DNA of 64,000 nucleotides from a bacterium (GCA_021851895.1 JAJZQJ010000001.1:71338-135337); one strand, 5' to 3'. Positions 48,465 to 57,655 are shown, numbered from the stretch's first letter. Made by a program: numbers and translations. Notes: generated by a model from the sequence alone, not told the origin.

Positions 48465-48820
48465 AATATTATCTCCAACTTAACATATACAAACCAAATT
48501 TCGCAATGCAACAAACTCTAATCGAAGTGAGCATAGTGTCTACCCGAAAGAGCAAGAGCGTAGCTATTGCTTGAGTTGCTCTGTGTCGCGGAGGCGACAC
48601 CTTATCGGGCAAGACCGCCTGGTCCGCATTATTATGCGGCGGTCTTATGCGACGACTCCTTTTGAATTTTTATCTTAACATACCGAACCGAAGAATAACA
48701 ATACCCTCTATAAATGCACATCGCGAATCCGAGTCCGAAATTTTTGTATTGGCATTTACCCTACTCCCTATTCCCTATACCCTATCCCCATGTATTTAGC
48801 ATCATGCTATACTTCCTATC

Positions 48821-49213
48821 ATGAACTTCATAGACTGGGATGAAAGCTTCAGCGTCGGCATCGACCTGATAGATAATCAACACAAAAAACTGTTCGATAC
48901 CATCAATAATTATCATAATGAACACAGCGATACTGAGGAATCGCTCAATAAACTCCTCGCTTACATCGATTTCCACTTCACGACCGAGGAAGATTATTTT
49001 AGAAAGTTCAATTATGAAGATGCTATCGAGCATACCGCTCAGCACCTTCGCTATAAGGATGAGATCAACAAGCTCTATACGCAATACCATTATAAGAATG
49101 ACGATGAAAAAATACGTGCGGAGCTCGAAGAATTCATAAAGAACTGGATCACCCATCACATAAAAATAGCCGACAAACAGTACGCCGAATGCTTCAAAGA
49201 GCATGGACTGTGA
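48821..49213 (+). CDS. Bacteriohemerythrin
   Basis: WDESFSVGIDLIDNQHKKLFDTIN...H...E..YF...H...H...WITHHIKIADKQY matches the H/E/D iron-ligand pattern of hemerythrin-like domains. Confidence 0.8.
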   Translation: MNFIDWDESFSVGIDLIDNQHKKLFDTINNYHNEHSDTEESLNKLLAYIDFHFTTEEDYFRKFNYEDAIEHTAQHLRYKDEINKLYTQYHYKNDDEKIRAELEEFIKNWITHHIKIADKQYAECFKEHGL

Positions 49214-49225
49214 TACACTCAATAT

Positions 49226-49780
49226 ATGATGAAAGAAAAGCAGTTCAATATCATTGCGACCATCGTCATCGTTTTGATAGCCGTCGCGATAGCTATCGCC
49301 GCAATGATCTATGCACCCGAAGAAACTCCTCCGAAAAATGTAGCTCCGCAGGTGCAGCAGCCAGCGACCGCAGAGGGTACGAATGCGGTCATCTATACGA
49401 ACAATGATTTTCACTTCTCTGTAACACTTCCTCCAGAATGGAAGGGGTTCACTATCGTGAAAAATACATGGCTTGGACAAGCGATCGGCGATACTGGCGA
49501 CATCCCATTCACGAGTGGGCCACTCATCTCAGTAAGAGACCCGAGATGGACGAATGATGCACCAAGACAGGACATTCCGATCATGATCTTCACGCTCAAG
49601 CAATGGGATGAGATGAAAGCCGAACAATATCATATAGGGGCCGCACCCATTCCGCCGAGCGAGCTCGGGAGGAATGCTGACTACGTCTTTGCGCTCCCCG
49701 CAAGATATAATTTTGCTTTTCCCCCAGGATACGAAGAAGTACAGCGTATCATTGAGACAGGATCATTCCATGCATACTAA
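49226..49780 (+). CDS. Membrane-anchored hypothetical protein
   Basis: N-terminal TM anchor, then ~150-aa extracytoplasmic domain; no recognised motif. Confidence 0.4.
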   Translation: MMKEKQFNIIATIVIVLIAVAIAIAAMIYAPEETPPKNVAPQVQQPATAEGTNAVIYTNNDFHFSVTLPPEWKGFTIVKNTWLGQAIGDTGDIPFTSGPLISVRDPRWTNDAPRQDIPIMIFTLKQWDEMKAEQYHIGAAPIPPSELGRNADYVFALPARYNFAFPPGYEEVQRIIETGSFHAY

Positions 49781-49788
49781 AAACAGAG

Positions 49789-50550
49789 CTACGCTCTGTT
49801 TTTTGCTATTCGGTCAACATAATAGAGCATCGCATCGCTCATGAACTGCGCGAGTCCAGGATGATACTTCTCATAATATGCAGTGAAACGCGGGTCAGTG
49901 ATATACATCTCAGCGAGACCTTTATAGATCTCAGCGTTTGGAGCATAGAAACGACCAAGATGCGCATAGTGCCTGCCAATAACGTCTTGAACTTCGCGCG
50001 AAGAGATATCACGACCATACAATTGCGCCATATCTTTGACGATTTCCTCGGCCTCCTCCTTCACCTCATCCATCTGCTCCTTCGTCATATTGCGCACACG
50101 TTTCATTGATTCTTTATATGCATCAGTCTCACCCCAGCGCTCTTTCGCCTCTCTACTGATACGCTTCGCCTCCTCTTTCGAGAAGCCATCATAAAGCTCT
50201 TCGTCTTTCATTTGTTTTCTTTTTGTTAATTTATCGACCGTCTCATCCAAGGTATGGATCAGCTTTTGCATACGTGCGCGCTCAGCAACAAGTGCATTAC
50301 GGTGGGCCGCAAGCGCATGCAAGAGATCGAACTCGCGATCGGAAAGTATCTTTTTAATTTGCCCAAGTGTGAATTCGAGTTCCCTATAAAAGAGTATCTG
50401 CTGAAGTCGCAGGAGTTCTTTTTCTCCGTATCTCCTGTAGCCATTGGCATGATCCCTCGGAGGAACAAGTATCCCGATCGCATCATAATGATGCAGTGTG
50501 CGTACACTTACCCCAGAGAGACGGGCGAGCGTGTGAATATCGTATTTCAT
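49789..50550 (-). CDS. MerR-family transcriptional regulator (TipA-like, with C-terminal effector domain)
   Basis: MKYDIHTLARLSGVSVRTLHHYDAIGILVPPRDHANGYRRYGEKELLRLQQILFYRELEFTLGQIKKIL is the MerR HTH + coiled coil; ~140 aa TipAS-like C-terminus. Confidence 0.8.
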   Translation of the reverse strand: MKYDIHTLARLSGVSVRTLHHYDAIGILVPPRDHANGYRRYGEKELLRLQQILFYRELEFTLGQIKKILSDREFDLLHALAAHRNALVAERARMQKLIHTLDETVDKLTKRKQMKDEELYDGFSKEEAKRISREAKERWGETDAYKESMKRVRNMTKEQMDEVKEEAEEIVKDMAQLYGRDISSREVQDVIGRHYAHLGRFYAPNAEIYKGLAEMYITDPRFTAYYEKYHPGLAQFMSDAMLYYVDRIAKNRA

Positions 50551-50643
50551 AGTATATGGGATCGACCGTTTCCCCATCAGCATAGCATAAAGTCTAACGT
50601 TACGTCAGGGTCAAGGAGAACAAAAAACAGGGCTACCCCTGTT

Positions 50644-51843
50644 TTATGAACGAACGCCACACTGATCACAATGCATAAGTCCCTTATATCTATCTGCACC
50701 ACATGATGGGCACTTCTCCTTCACCTGGAATCCACAGACCGGACAGAAACGCATATCGTCGCGCAGGTGCATAGAACAATTCGGACACTTCATCGACTTC
50801 ATCGCACGAAGATATACCGCACGACCACTGAAGACCCTTTTTTGGATAAGATATACGATACCACCAAAGAGCAACGGCACCAATATCAAGAGAAGATACT
50901 GCACGATCGAAGCGAGGAACTTGAATTGTGCGAGGAATTTGAGAAGTACCTCAATGAATGCATGCGGGATGATATCGTAAATGAATACCGCAACCACTTG
51001 AGCGAAAAGCAGTACAAAGATCGTCGTCACCGCTGTCCATATGATCGCAGTAAACGATCGCTTCCCTTGTGCAATGAAATATCTTCGTAAAGCAAAGTAG
51101 AAGAGTGGAGTGATGAATAACAGCTCAAGTAGCGCGCGCAATGTATTTGCCCATGCAAGTGCGCTGTCATACCATGCAAATTCATCCTTCAAGGCATTCT
51201 GATGTGTGACCGCAATCGATGCGATCTGCGCGTCGATATCCTTTATTCGTGCCTCAAGCGGAGCAACCTTATCTGCGAGCAGCTTGCGCTGTTCTCTCGA
51301 AGCGAGTAGCGCCGATTGCACTCCACGTTGATCAGTGATCACGGGGGTCGGAACTCCCGCTTGCATCTCTTCCAGAGAAAGATTGTAATCCGATTTCGAG
51401 CTGCCAAGCTGCGCATCAATTGCAACAAGTGATGCGTTCAAGGTATCTAACTCTGATTGAACCACTCGGCGCTCGTCAAAAAGTGGCTTTACGGTGCCAA
51501 TGAGGGCACCCATGCCATGTGCGAGCTCATATGTCGTGAGTTTGCAATCTCGAAAAGTGTCGAAACCGTAATAGTAAAAACTCTTTGTAGACAATCCTCT
51601 CGTCTCGAGATCGAGTTGATCATGGAGTACAACAATGCAGGTCGACGGAGCCTCCGGTTGCTTGATATTCTCAGCGATCTTACGTATGAAACTTTGGCCC
51701 TGCCCGAAACCAACCATGACCATGATAACAAGAAGGATGTAACCAAGAACGGTCGTTCGCTTCTCGCCGATCTCAGGACCAACATGTTCATCGTTCGTCT
51801 CTGGAACTCGTGCGACTTTGCGCAAAAATGCAGATATATTCAT
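50644..51843 (-). CDS. Membrane protein with C-terminal double zinc-ribbon
   Basis: TM segments and coiled-coil region; C-terminus CPNCSMHLRDDMRFCPVCGFQVKEKCPSCGADRYKGLMHCDQCG. Confidence 0.45.
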   Translation of the reverse strand: MNISAFLRKVARVPETNDEHVGPEIGEKRTTVLGYILLVIMVMVGFGQGQSFIRKIAENIKQPEAPSTCIVVLHDQLDLETRGLSTKSFYYYGFDTFRDCKLTTYELAHGMGALIGTVKPLFDERRVVQSELDTLNASLVAIDAQLGSSKSDYNLSLEEMQAGVPTPVITDQRGVQSALLASREQRKLLADKVAPLEARIKDIDAQIASIAVTHQNALKDEFAWYDSALAWANTLRALLELLFITPLFYFALRRYFIAQGKRSFTAIIWTAVTTIFVLLFAQVVAVFIYDIIPHAFIEVLLKFLAQFKFLASIVQYLLLILVPLLFGGIVYLIQKRVFSGRAVYLRAMKSMKCPNCSMHLRDDMRFCPVCGFQVKEKCPSCGADRYKGLMHCDQCGVRS

Positions 51844-51855
51844 AAATATAGTATA

Positions 51856-53097
51856 TCACGGCTGCATTACTGCATTCTCGGGAGTAGCAGGGTGTGGACC
51901 TCCAGAAAACATGAATAATATCGCAGCGATAAGTGCAAGTGTCGCGCCATAGAAAAATGTCCACTCCGAACCAAAATGCGTCCAGAGCAATCCACCAACC
52001 AGCGATGCAAGGAATGCAGCGATTCCCGTAAGCATGTAGTAAAACCCATATGCTGTTCCAAGCTGCTCAGCAGGAACGAGCGTCGCGATATATGATTTCG
52101 AAACGCCGTCAGTAAGTGCCATATAGCACCCATAGATAGGAAAGAGTATCCATATCAATAATCCCGACTGCGCAAGTGCAAACCCGGCATAGACGAGCGC
52201 GAAGATGATGAGACCGAGTATGAATACATTCTTCTGTCCAAGCTTATCGGAGATGACACCAGCAGGAAGAGAGAATGCCGCGTAAGTAATGTTATAAAGC
52301 ACATATGTAAGCACCGTGAGTACCAGCGAGAACTCGAGGCCTTTCGCACGAAGAATGAGAAATGCATCGGAACTATTTCCAAGTGCAAAAACAGTAGCAA
52401 TGAAAGAGAAGAAGAGAAACTTCCGTGGCAATGAGCGGATACGGAACCTCTTGAATCCCTCCTCTACGGGACCGCGCTGCTTTTCTTTGATGTAAACAAG
52501 CAAGAGAATGAGCGCTGTCGTCGTCGGCACAAGTGCAAGGAAAAAGAGCAGGCGATAATTATCCTGGTAGAAGTGCAGAAAGAGTACGGCAAGTAATGGA
52601 CCGAGAATAGCACCGATCGTGTCTGCTCCGCGATGAAAACCAAATGCACTCCCCATCTTTCCTTGTTCCACATTTTCAGCGATCAATGCGTCGCGCGCAC
52701 CCGTGCGTACTCCCTTGCCGATACGACTGGTCACTTTTCCCGCAAGCACCATATGCCACGTATTTGCGAGACCATAGAAAAGATTAGCTATCGTTCCAAG
52801 ACCATAGCCGAGGACGACGAAGATCTTGCGCTTACGAGAGAGATCGGAGAGTTTGCCAAGGAATCCTTTAAGTAAACTCGACACACCCTCGGCAACACCC
52901 TCAATGAGTCCAACGACCGATGCAGGAGCGCCGAGCATCGTCGTCAAAAAGATAGGAATGATCGGATAGAGCATTTCCGAGGCGATGTCATTGAATAAAC
53001 TCACCACGGAGAGGACAAAAACTGGCGGTGTCACACCGAATTTCTTTTCAAGATAATCTCGCATATCATCAAAGTATACCATTGCGGTAAAACACAA
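51856..53097 (-). CDS. MFS transporter
   Basis: 12 TM helices; GKLSDLSRKRKIFVVLG-type loop 2-3 motif. Confidence 0.8.
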   Translation of the reverse strand: MCFTAMVYFDDMRDYLEKKFGVTPPVFVLSVVSLFNDIASEMLYPIIPIFLTTMLGAPASVVGLIEGVAEGVSSLLKGFLGKLSDLSRKRKIFVVLGYGLGTIANLFYGLANTWHMVLAGKVTSRIGKGVRTGARDALIAENVEQGKMGSAFGFHRGADTIGAILGPLLAVLFLHFYQDNYRLLFFLALVPTTTALILLLVYIKEKQRGPVEEGFKRFRIRSLPRKFLFFSFIATVFALGNSSDAFLILRAKGLEFSLVLTVLTYVLYNITYAAFSLPAGVISDKLGQKNVFILGLIIFALVYAGFALAQSGLLIWILFPIYGCYMALTDGVSKSYIATLVPAEQLGTAYGFYYMLTGIAAFLASLVGGLLWTHFGSEWTFFYGATLALIAAILFMFSGGPHPATPENAVMQP

Positions 53098-53151
53098 AAG
53101 AAATAAAAAATTACGGGGTCACTGAGTGACCCCGTAAGGGATTGCGGGAGG

Positions 53152-53898
53152 CTACTTCTTCTTGCCCCCCTTCTTGCCGCCCTCTTCCTGCTTCTTGCCG
53201 CCGCCGACCCCGATCTTGCCGGGGTACAGCGCGGCACGGCTCATCTGGTTGGCGCGCTGCCTGCTCTCGCGAGCCTTGCGCTCCTCGGCCTTATCGGCCT
53301 CGGACTCCGGGCCAGCGACGCGCCGGTAGAGCGTCAGCGGCTGATGGAGCTCAGGGTGGAACAGGACCAGCTGGCCGACGTTCTCGGCCTTGACGATGAA
53401 CCCGCAGCTGACCCACTCCTCATTGCTGAGGTGGTGCTTCAGCTCGGACTCGATGACCTCGCAGGTGGAGGTGATGATCGCGGGGACCTTCGTGCCGGTC
53501 GTCTTGATGGCGACGAGCACCTGGACCTTCTCGGTGAAGTAGGCCTTCGCCCCGAGGAGCACAGCCGCGCGCAGGAGCGCACTCATGCGCTTGCCGCGCT
53601 TCTCCACGTTGTCGGCCTTGAGGTTACCGAGGACGAAGTCGTGCTGCACGACGAGGAGCTTCTCGGGAATCTCCCGGGGCGCGTAGCGCGCCAGGTCCCT
53701 GAAGACGAACTCGGGGAGGAGGCCATTCTCGATGAAGAGATCGGCCGCCTCGGAGAACTTGTGCTCCTTGAGCAGCTCCTTGAGCGTCTTGATGTTGGCG
53801 TCGAACTTGTCCGGGCGCACGAACGACGGGGGCTTGGGCCCCTGCTTCTTGCTGGTCTTGTCGGTGGTGGCGGCCGGAGCCGAGGCCTGGGTGGCCAT
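53152..53898 (-). CDS. Hypothetical protein encoded in GC-rich islet (248 aa, K/G-rich C-terminal tail)
   Basis: GC-rich with strong GC3 bias, unlike all neighbouring genes. GAGGTG sits 5 nt upstream of the ATG. The protein is non-repetitive, whereas the opposite-strand ORFs read as L/E/G/R junk. C-terminus GGGKKQEEGGKKGGKKK. I recognise no family. Confidence 0.5.
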   Translation of the reverse strand: MATQASAPAATTDKTSKKQGPKPPSFVRPDKFDANIKTLKELLKEHKFSEAADLFIENGLLPEFVFRDLARYAPREIPEKLLVVQHDFVLGNLKADNVEKRGKRMSALLRAAVLLGAKAYFTEKVQVLVAIKTTGTKVPAIITSTCEVIESELKHHLSNEEWVSCGFIVKAENVGQLVLFHPELHQPLTLYRRVAGPESEADKAEERKARESRQRANQMSRAALYPGKIGVGGGKKQEEGGKKGGKKK

Positions 53899-54109
53899 AA
53901 TTGCACCTCGCTTTTAGAGGGTTTAGGAAATGTACATGCAACGGGCGTTCCCGTGGCATGTACATAATACCATAGATTGCAATTTTGTCAATACATCAAA
54001 TATATTGGTTTAATGTTCAGTTATATTGACAAATATAATATTTTATTGTATTATTACAATGGATAGCAAATATGCTTGGTCGATACCAAGCCTGCGCCAA
54101 GGAGCGCTC
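53899..54109. promoter_or_regulatory. AT-rich divergent promoter region with inverted repeat TTGTCAATA...TATTGACAA
   Basis: tttTGTCAATAcatcaaatatattggtttaatgttcagttataTTGACAaatat lies between the two divergently oriented GC-rich genes. Confidence 0.4.
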
Positions 54110-54439
54110 ATGACACAGAAACAGTTCTATCTTGCCTTCGGAGTGCTCGTAATCGCGGTGTGCCTCGCTGGCATCATCTTCGGCAACACCAAGCCCAACA
54201 CGACACCCGCCCCGGCCCCCTCCGTCGAGAAAATCGAGGAGAGCCTCAACGGGGTGCCAACCGGCGACTCCTACGTCCTCGTCATCTACACGATGAGTGG
54301 GACACCTGATACGGGCCTGCTGTTCCGGCAGAACAAGCGCCTCGAGGAGATGGGCTACAAGATGGATCCCAGCACTTTCAGAGTGTCTGAGGGGAACAGC
54401 CAGTGCGTCATGCACGCCGTCTATCACAAGATCAAGTAG
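54110..54439 (+). CDS. Small membrane-anchored hypothetical protein in GC-rich islet (110 aa)
   Basis: AAGGAG 6 nt upstream of the ATG at 54110; one TM helix (FYLAFGVLVIAVCLAGIIFG); high GC3; followed by terminator AAGGGCATCCcacGGGATGCCCTTttt. Confidence 0.5.
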   Translation: MTQKQFYLAFGVLVIAVCLAGIIFGNTKPNTTPAPAPSVEKIEESLNGVPTGDSYVLVIYTMSGTPDTGLLFRQNKRLEEMGYKMDPSTFRVSEGNSQCVMHAVYHKIK

Positions 54440-54486
54440 CGCGACCCAACACAAAAGGGCATCCCACGGGATGCCCTTTTTCATAT

Positions 54487-55398
54487 CTACTGTTTGACTG
54501 GAGCTGGCATATTACGCAATGCCGCGATACGCTCCACGGTCGGCGGATGCGTTGCAAAAAGTTTTGCGATGAAACGACCACTCCCTTCGAAGGGATTTGC
54601 GAAATAGAGTGTCGCGGTTGCAGAGTTCGCGGTCGTTGATTCTGCATGCAAACCTTCGATCTTCTCGAGCGCGGATGCAAGCCCCTCAGGGTAACGCGTG
54701 AGCAGTGCCCCCGAAGCGTCTGCAAGGAACTCACGCTTACGCGAGATCGCAAGTCGCATCATCGTCGCGAATAGCGGTGCGAGAATTGCAACAACAATAC
54801 CAAGAATGAGCATCAGACCATTTCCTCCCTCATTATCATTTCCACGACGTCGCCCACCCCAGAACATAGAGCGCAACATCCAGTCAGAAAGTATCGCGAT
54901 CATACCTGCAAGGACAACAGCGATAGTAGAGATCAGCGTGTCACGGTTCCCCACATGCGAGAGCTCGTGAGCAAGCACACCCTCAAGCTCAGAGCGATTC
55001 AAGATCTTCAGTAATCCTGTATGTACTGCGAGTGCAGCATGCTCAGGATTTCGCCCTGTTGCAAATGCATTCGGTGAGGGGTCTTCGACGATATAGACCT
55101 TTGGCATCGGAAGCCCAGCGGTGATCGAGAGATTCTCGACGATGTTCCAGAGCTCCGGAGCATCTTCTTTTTTCTCGATCAGCTGTGCATTGACCATACG
55201 CAACACGATCGAATCAGAGAACCAGAACGCACCAAAATTCATGATGATCGCAAGTACAACCGCAAAGACCAAAATCGCAGGATTGTCATTGACCTGCGCA
55301 AAAACCCAACCGACAGCGATCACTAAGCCAAAGAAACCCATGAGGAAAAACCATGTTTTCGAAATATTCTTCTCCTGTTGTGTATACAGAGTAGCCAT
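54487..55398 (-). CDS. htpX: Zinc metalloprotease HtpX (M48)
   Basis: HELSHVGNRD (HExxH), 4 TM. Likely start at MATLY (55398), which is preceded by TATAAT 6 nt upstream. Confidence 0.85.
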   Translation of the reverse strand: MATLYTQQEKNISKTWFFLMGFFGLVIAVGWVFAQVNDNPAILVFAVVLAIIMNFGAFWFSDSIVLRMVNAQLIEKKEDAPELWNIVENLSITAGLPMPKVYIVEDPSPNAFATGRNPEHAALAVHTGLLKILNRSELEGVLAHELSHVGNRDTLISTIAVVLAGMIAILSDWMLRSMFWGGRRRGNDNEGGNGLMLILGIVVAILAPLFATMMRLAISRKREFLADASGALLTRYPEGLASALEKIEGLHAESTTANSATATLYFANPFEGSGRFIAKLFATHPPTVERIAALRNMPAPVKQ

Positions 55399-55539
55399 TG
55401 GGGCATTATAGCAGAAGCGCGGAAACAATGAAGCACCCTTCATTTTGGCTTCATGAATCGCATTGAAATAGAATCTGAATTGAATTTTCAAATATATGGA
55501 AACGAAAAACCGAAGATTTTGCGTTGAGTGTATTTAAAA

Positions 55540-55680
55540 TATCCGCAAAGCAAAAACTGCAGAATTTGGATGAAATTCACCTCGTTGGAGACAAGAGAAC
55601 TCGAAGGAGATGGGCTCGGCGCCCATTGACTGAGTCTCTTGTCGAAGCGAGGTGAAGTTCGCCAAATTATGCAGTTTTAT
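55540..55680. repeat. Large imperfect palindrome (~45-bp arms) between lemA and htpX
   Basis: aaactgcagaatttggatgaaattcacctcgttggagacaagagaactc ... gagtctcttgtcgaagcgaggtgaagttcgccaaattatgcagtttt. Confidence 0.6.
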
Positions 55681-56241
55681 CTAGAACTTAACAGCAACTG
55701 CATCATGCGCGGCATCTCCATCCGGAAGATCGAAATAATCCATCTTCTTGAAATTGAACATACCGGCAATGATGTTGCTTGGAAATGCCTGGAGTGCGAT
55801 CGAGAGATCACGGACGTTCGTATTATAGAAACGACGTGCTGCCTGGATCTTATTCTCCGTATCCGCAAGCTCACTTTGCAAACTGAGGAAATTCTGGTTT
55901 GCCTTGAGATCAGGGTAGGACTCAGAGAGCGCGAAGATCGACTTCAAGGCACCTGAAAGCCCTGCTTCTTGTGCACCTGCGGTCGCAGGATCATGACTGC
56001 CGCTCATCGCTGCATTGCGTAATTCGACGATCTTCGTAAGCGTCCCCTCTTCATGCTTCGAGTAGCCTTTTACGGTCTCAACAAGATTCGGGATAAGATC
56101 ATAACGGCGCTTGAGTTGAACTTCGATATCCTGCCAAGCTTCTTGCGCACGATTCACCATGCGGACCAAACGATTGTAGGTCGAGATGACAAAAAGCACG
56201 AGCACCACTAATACGATGATAAGTATATATGTAGTAGACAT
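55681..56241 (-). CDS. lemA: LemA-family membrane protein
   Basis: N-terminal TM, YNRLVRMVNRAQEAWQDIEVQLKRRYDLIPNLVETVKGY...; typically paired with htpX. Confidence 0.85.
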   Translation of the reverse strand: MSTTYILIIVLVVLVLFVISTYNRLVRMVNRAQEAWQDIEVQLKRRYDLIPNLVETVKGYSKHEEGTLTKIVELRNAAMSGSHDPATAGAQEAGLSGALKSIFALSESYPDLKANQNFLSLQSELADTENKIQAARRFYNTNVRDLSIALQAFPSNIIAGMFNFKKMDYFDLPDGDAAHDAVAVKF

Positions 56242-56389
56242 GCAGCAATTGTACCGTAATGCGAGCTTGTTGCAAGCGCACTCATGAATGAATGATGAGC
56301 GAAGACGCGCGAAAAAGCGTTGGCTTTACAGCGCTCGTATTTCATTATAACGTTAGTTTAGAACGCACCAACAAGTAAAGGGGGTAGAG

Positions 56390-56827
56390 ATGATCCCGAA
56401 GATCCGACCTATCGCCGTCATACTCAGCAGATTCGAGGACCCGAGACTCAATACTGGACATATCCAACTCATCGCCGGCGCACAAGCGCATGCAGAGTGT
56501 GTCTCGCTGAAGCAGGACATGCTCATCGTCATTTGCGTCCCCAGGATGAGCTCTCCTCGGGATGACCTGTTTTCATTCGAGACCCGAAAAGCAATGCTAT
56601 CGACGCAGCTCGAAGGGTTCCCTCTCGAGCACATCCTCGCGATCGAAGATCGAGCCAACAACGATCCAAGCGAGAACAGTCTCTGGTCGATGAACCTCGA
56701 TGAGCTGATCGCTCAGTATTCAAAAAATCGACCGGTTATCATCTATGGATCACAAGACTGCAGCGCCTTGTGTGGATCCTATACCGGAAGGTACAAAACG
56801 CATCACATCGAAACGACTGGTATTTAA
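56390..56827 (+). CDS. Putative cytidylyl/adenylyltransferase-fold protein (NadM-like NMN adenylyltransferase?)
   Basis: IAVILSRFEDPRLNTGHIQLI resembles the (G)RFxPxHxGH nucleotidyltransferase motif; otherwise weak. Confidence 0.3.
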   Translation: MIPKIRPIAVILSRFEDPRLNTGHIQLIAGAQAHAECVSLKQDMLIVICVPRMSSPRDDLFSFETRKAMLSTQLEGFPLEHILAIEDRANNDPSENSLWSMNLDELIAQYSKNRPVIIYGSQDCSALCGSYTGRYKTHHIETTGI

Positions 56828-56894
56828 GAAGCAACGGCTATGCGCCGAACAGCTCTTTCAAAAACCAAAAGGACGACGCTTCGTCGTCCTTTTT

Positions 56895-57551
56895 TTATAT
56901 AAAGAAAGGTATTTTCTTTGACTTTTTAAACACCTTTGCGGGTCGTCCTTTCTGAAACTTCCTTTCACGCTTCGTTGCCTTTATGGGCAACTCTTCGAGA
57001 AACTTATAGAAATTTCGTTTGTCGACCTCCTTGCCGAGCACGGCATCGAAAGCTGACTTGAGCTCACTTATCACGAATTCATTTTTCACGAAACTCAGCA
57101 TAACGCTCGAGATGAATGCATGCTCTCTGAGAAACTTTATCGCATCCGCCAGTATCGCATTGTGATCATATGCGAGCTTCACTTTTTCATTCAATGGTCT
57201 CCACATGAGACCATGATCTGTTTCTGCATCCGCGATGATGCCGATGTGTGCGAGTGAGACCACACGACCGCGAGGATCGCGATCGACCGCATCATAAAAA
57301 CCCATTCTGTAAACCTCAGGAAATACGTCGCGCATCGCGGACTTCTCCCTTACAATACGCTGTACCGCCTCGATCGCACTCTCCTTGGTATGCAAAATTC
57401 CTCCGAGGAGACCCGGAATGTCACTGAAATAAGGCGGCCTGTCGACAGGTAGGGTCGCATATTCTATGGTTCCATTCTTCATGCGCATCAAGACGACGTC
57501 GGTTGCCACGACTGCAAAACGCAGCGTGTCCTTAGTGTCGAGATCTGTCAT
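56895..57551 (-). CDS. NUDIX-fold protein with degenerate Nudix box (NrtR-like regulator?)
   Basis: GGILHTKESAIEAVQRIVREKS fits G.{5}E.{7}RE.. with the catalytic EE replaced; C-terminal ~90 aa basic/helical. Confidence 0.4.
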   Translation of the reverse strand: MTDLDTKDTLRFAVVATDVVLMRMKNGTIEYATLPVDRPPYFSDIPGLLGGILHTKESAIEAVQRIVREKSAMRDVFPEVYRMGFYDAVDRDPRGRVVSLAHIGIIADAETDHGLMWRPLNEKVKLAYDHNAILADAIKFLREHAFISSVMLSFVKNEFVISELKSAFDAVLGKEVDKRNFYKFLEELPIKATKRERKFQKGRPAKVFKKSKKIPFFI

Positions 57552-57655
57552 GTTTCATTTATTCTTAGTGCACCTTTCGGCGCTCGTACCATTATAGCGC
57601 GCACGCATTTTCCCACAACGGCGCTTCAGCGATTCTTCATGAATCCGATTTTATA

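Noticed and set aside
48782-49480. 232-aa minus-strand ORF
   Set aside because: It is antisense to the hemerythrin gene, which has the diagnostic WDESFSVG...IDNQHKKLF motif. Its translation is low-complexity (I/F/R-rich).
53142-53967. Several long ORFs on both strands in the GC-rich islet (53344-53967 +, 53583-53906 -, 53624-53965 -)
   Set aside because: High GC suppresses stop codons. Their translations are L/E/G/R/P junk, whereas the 53152-53898 minus frame gives a non-repetitive protein with an SD.
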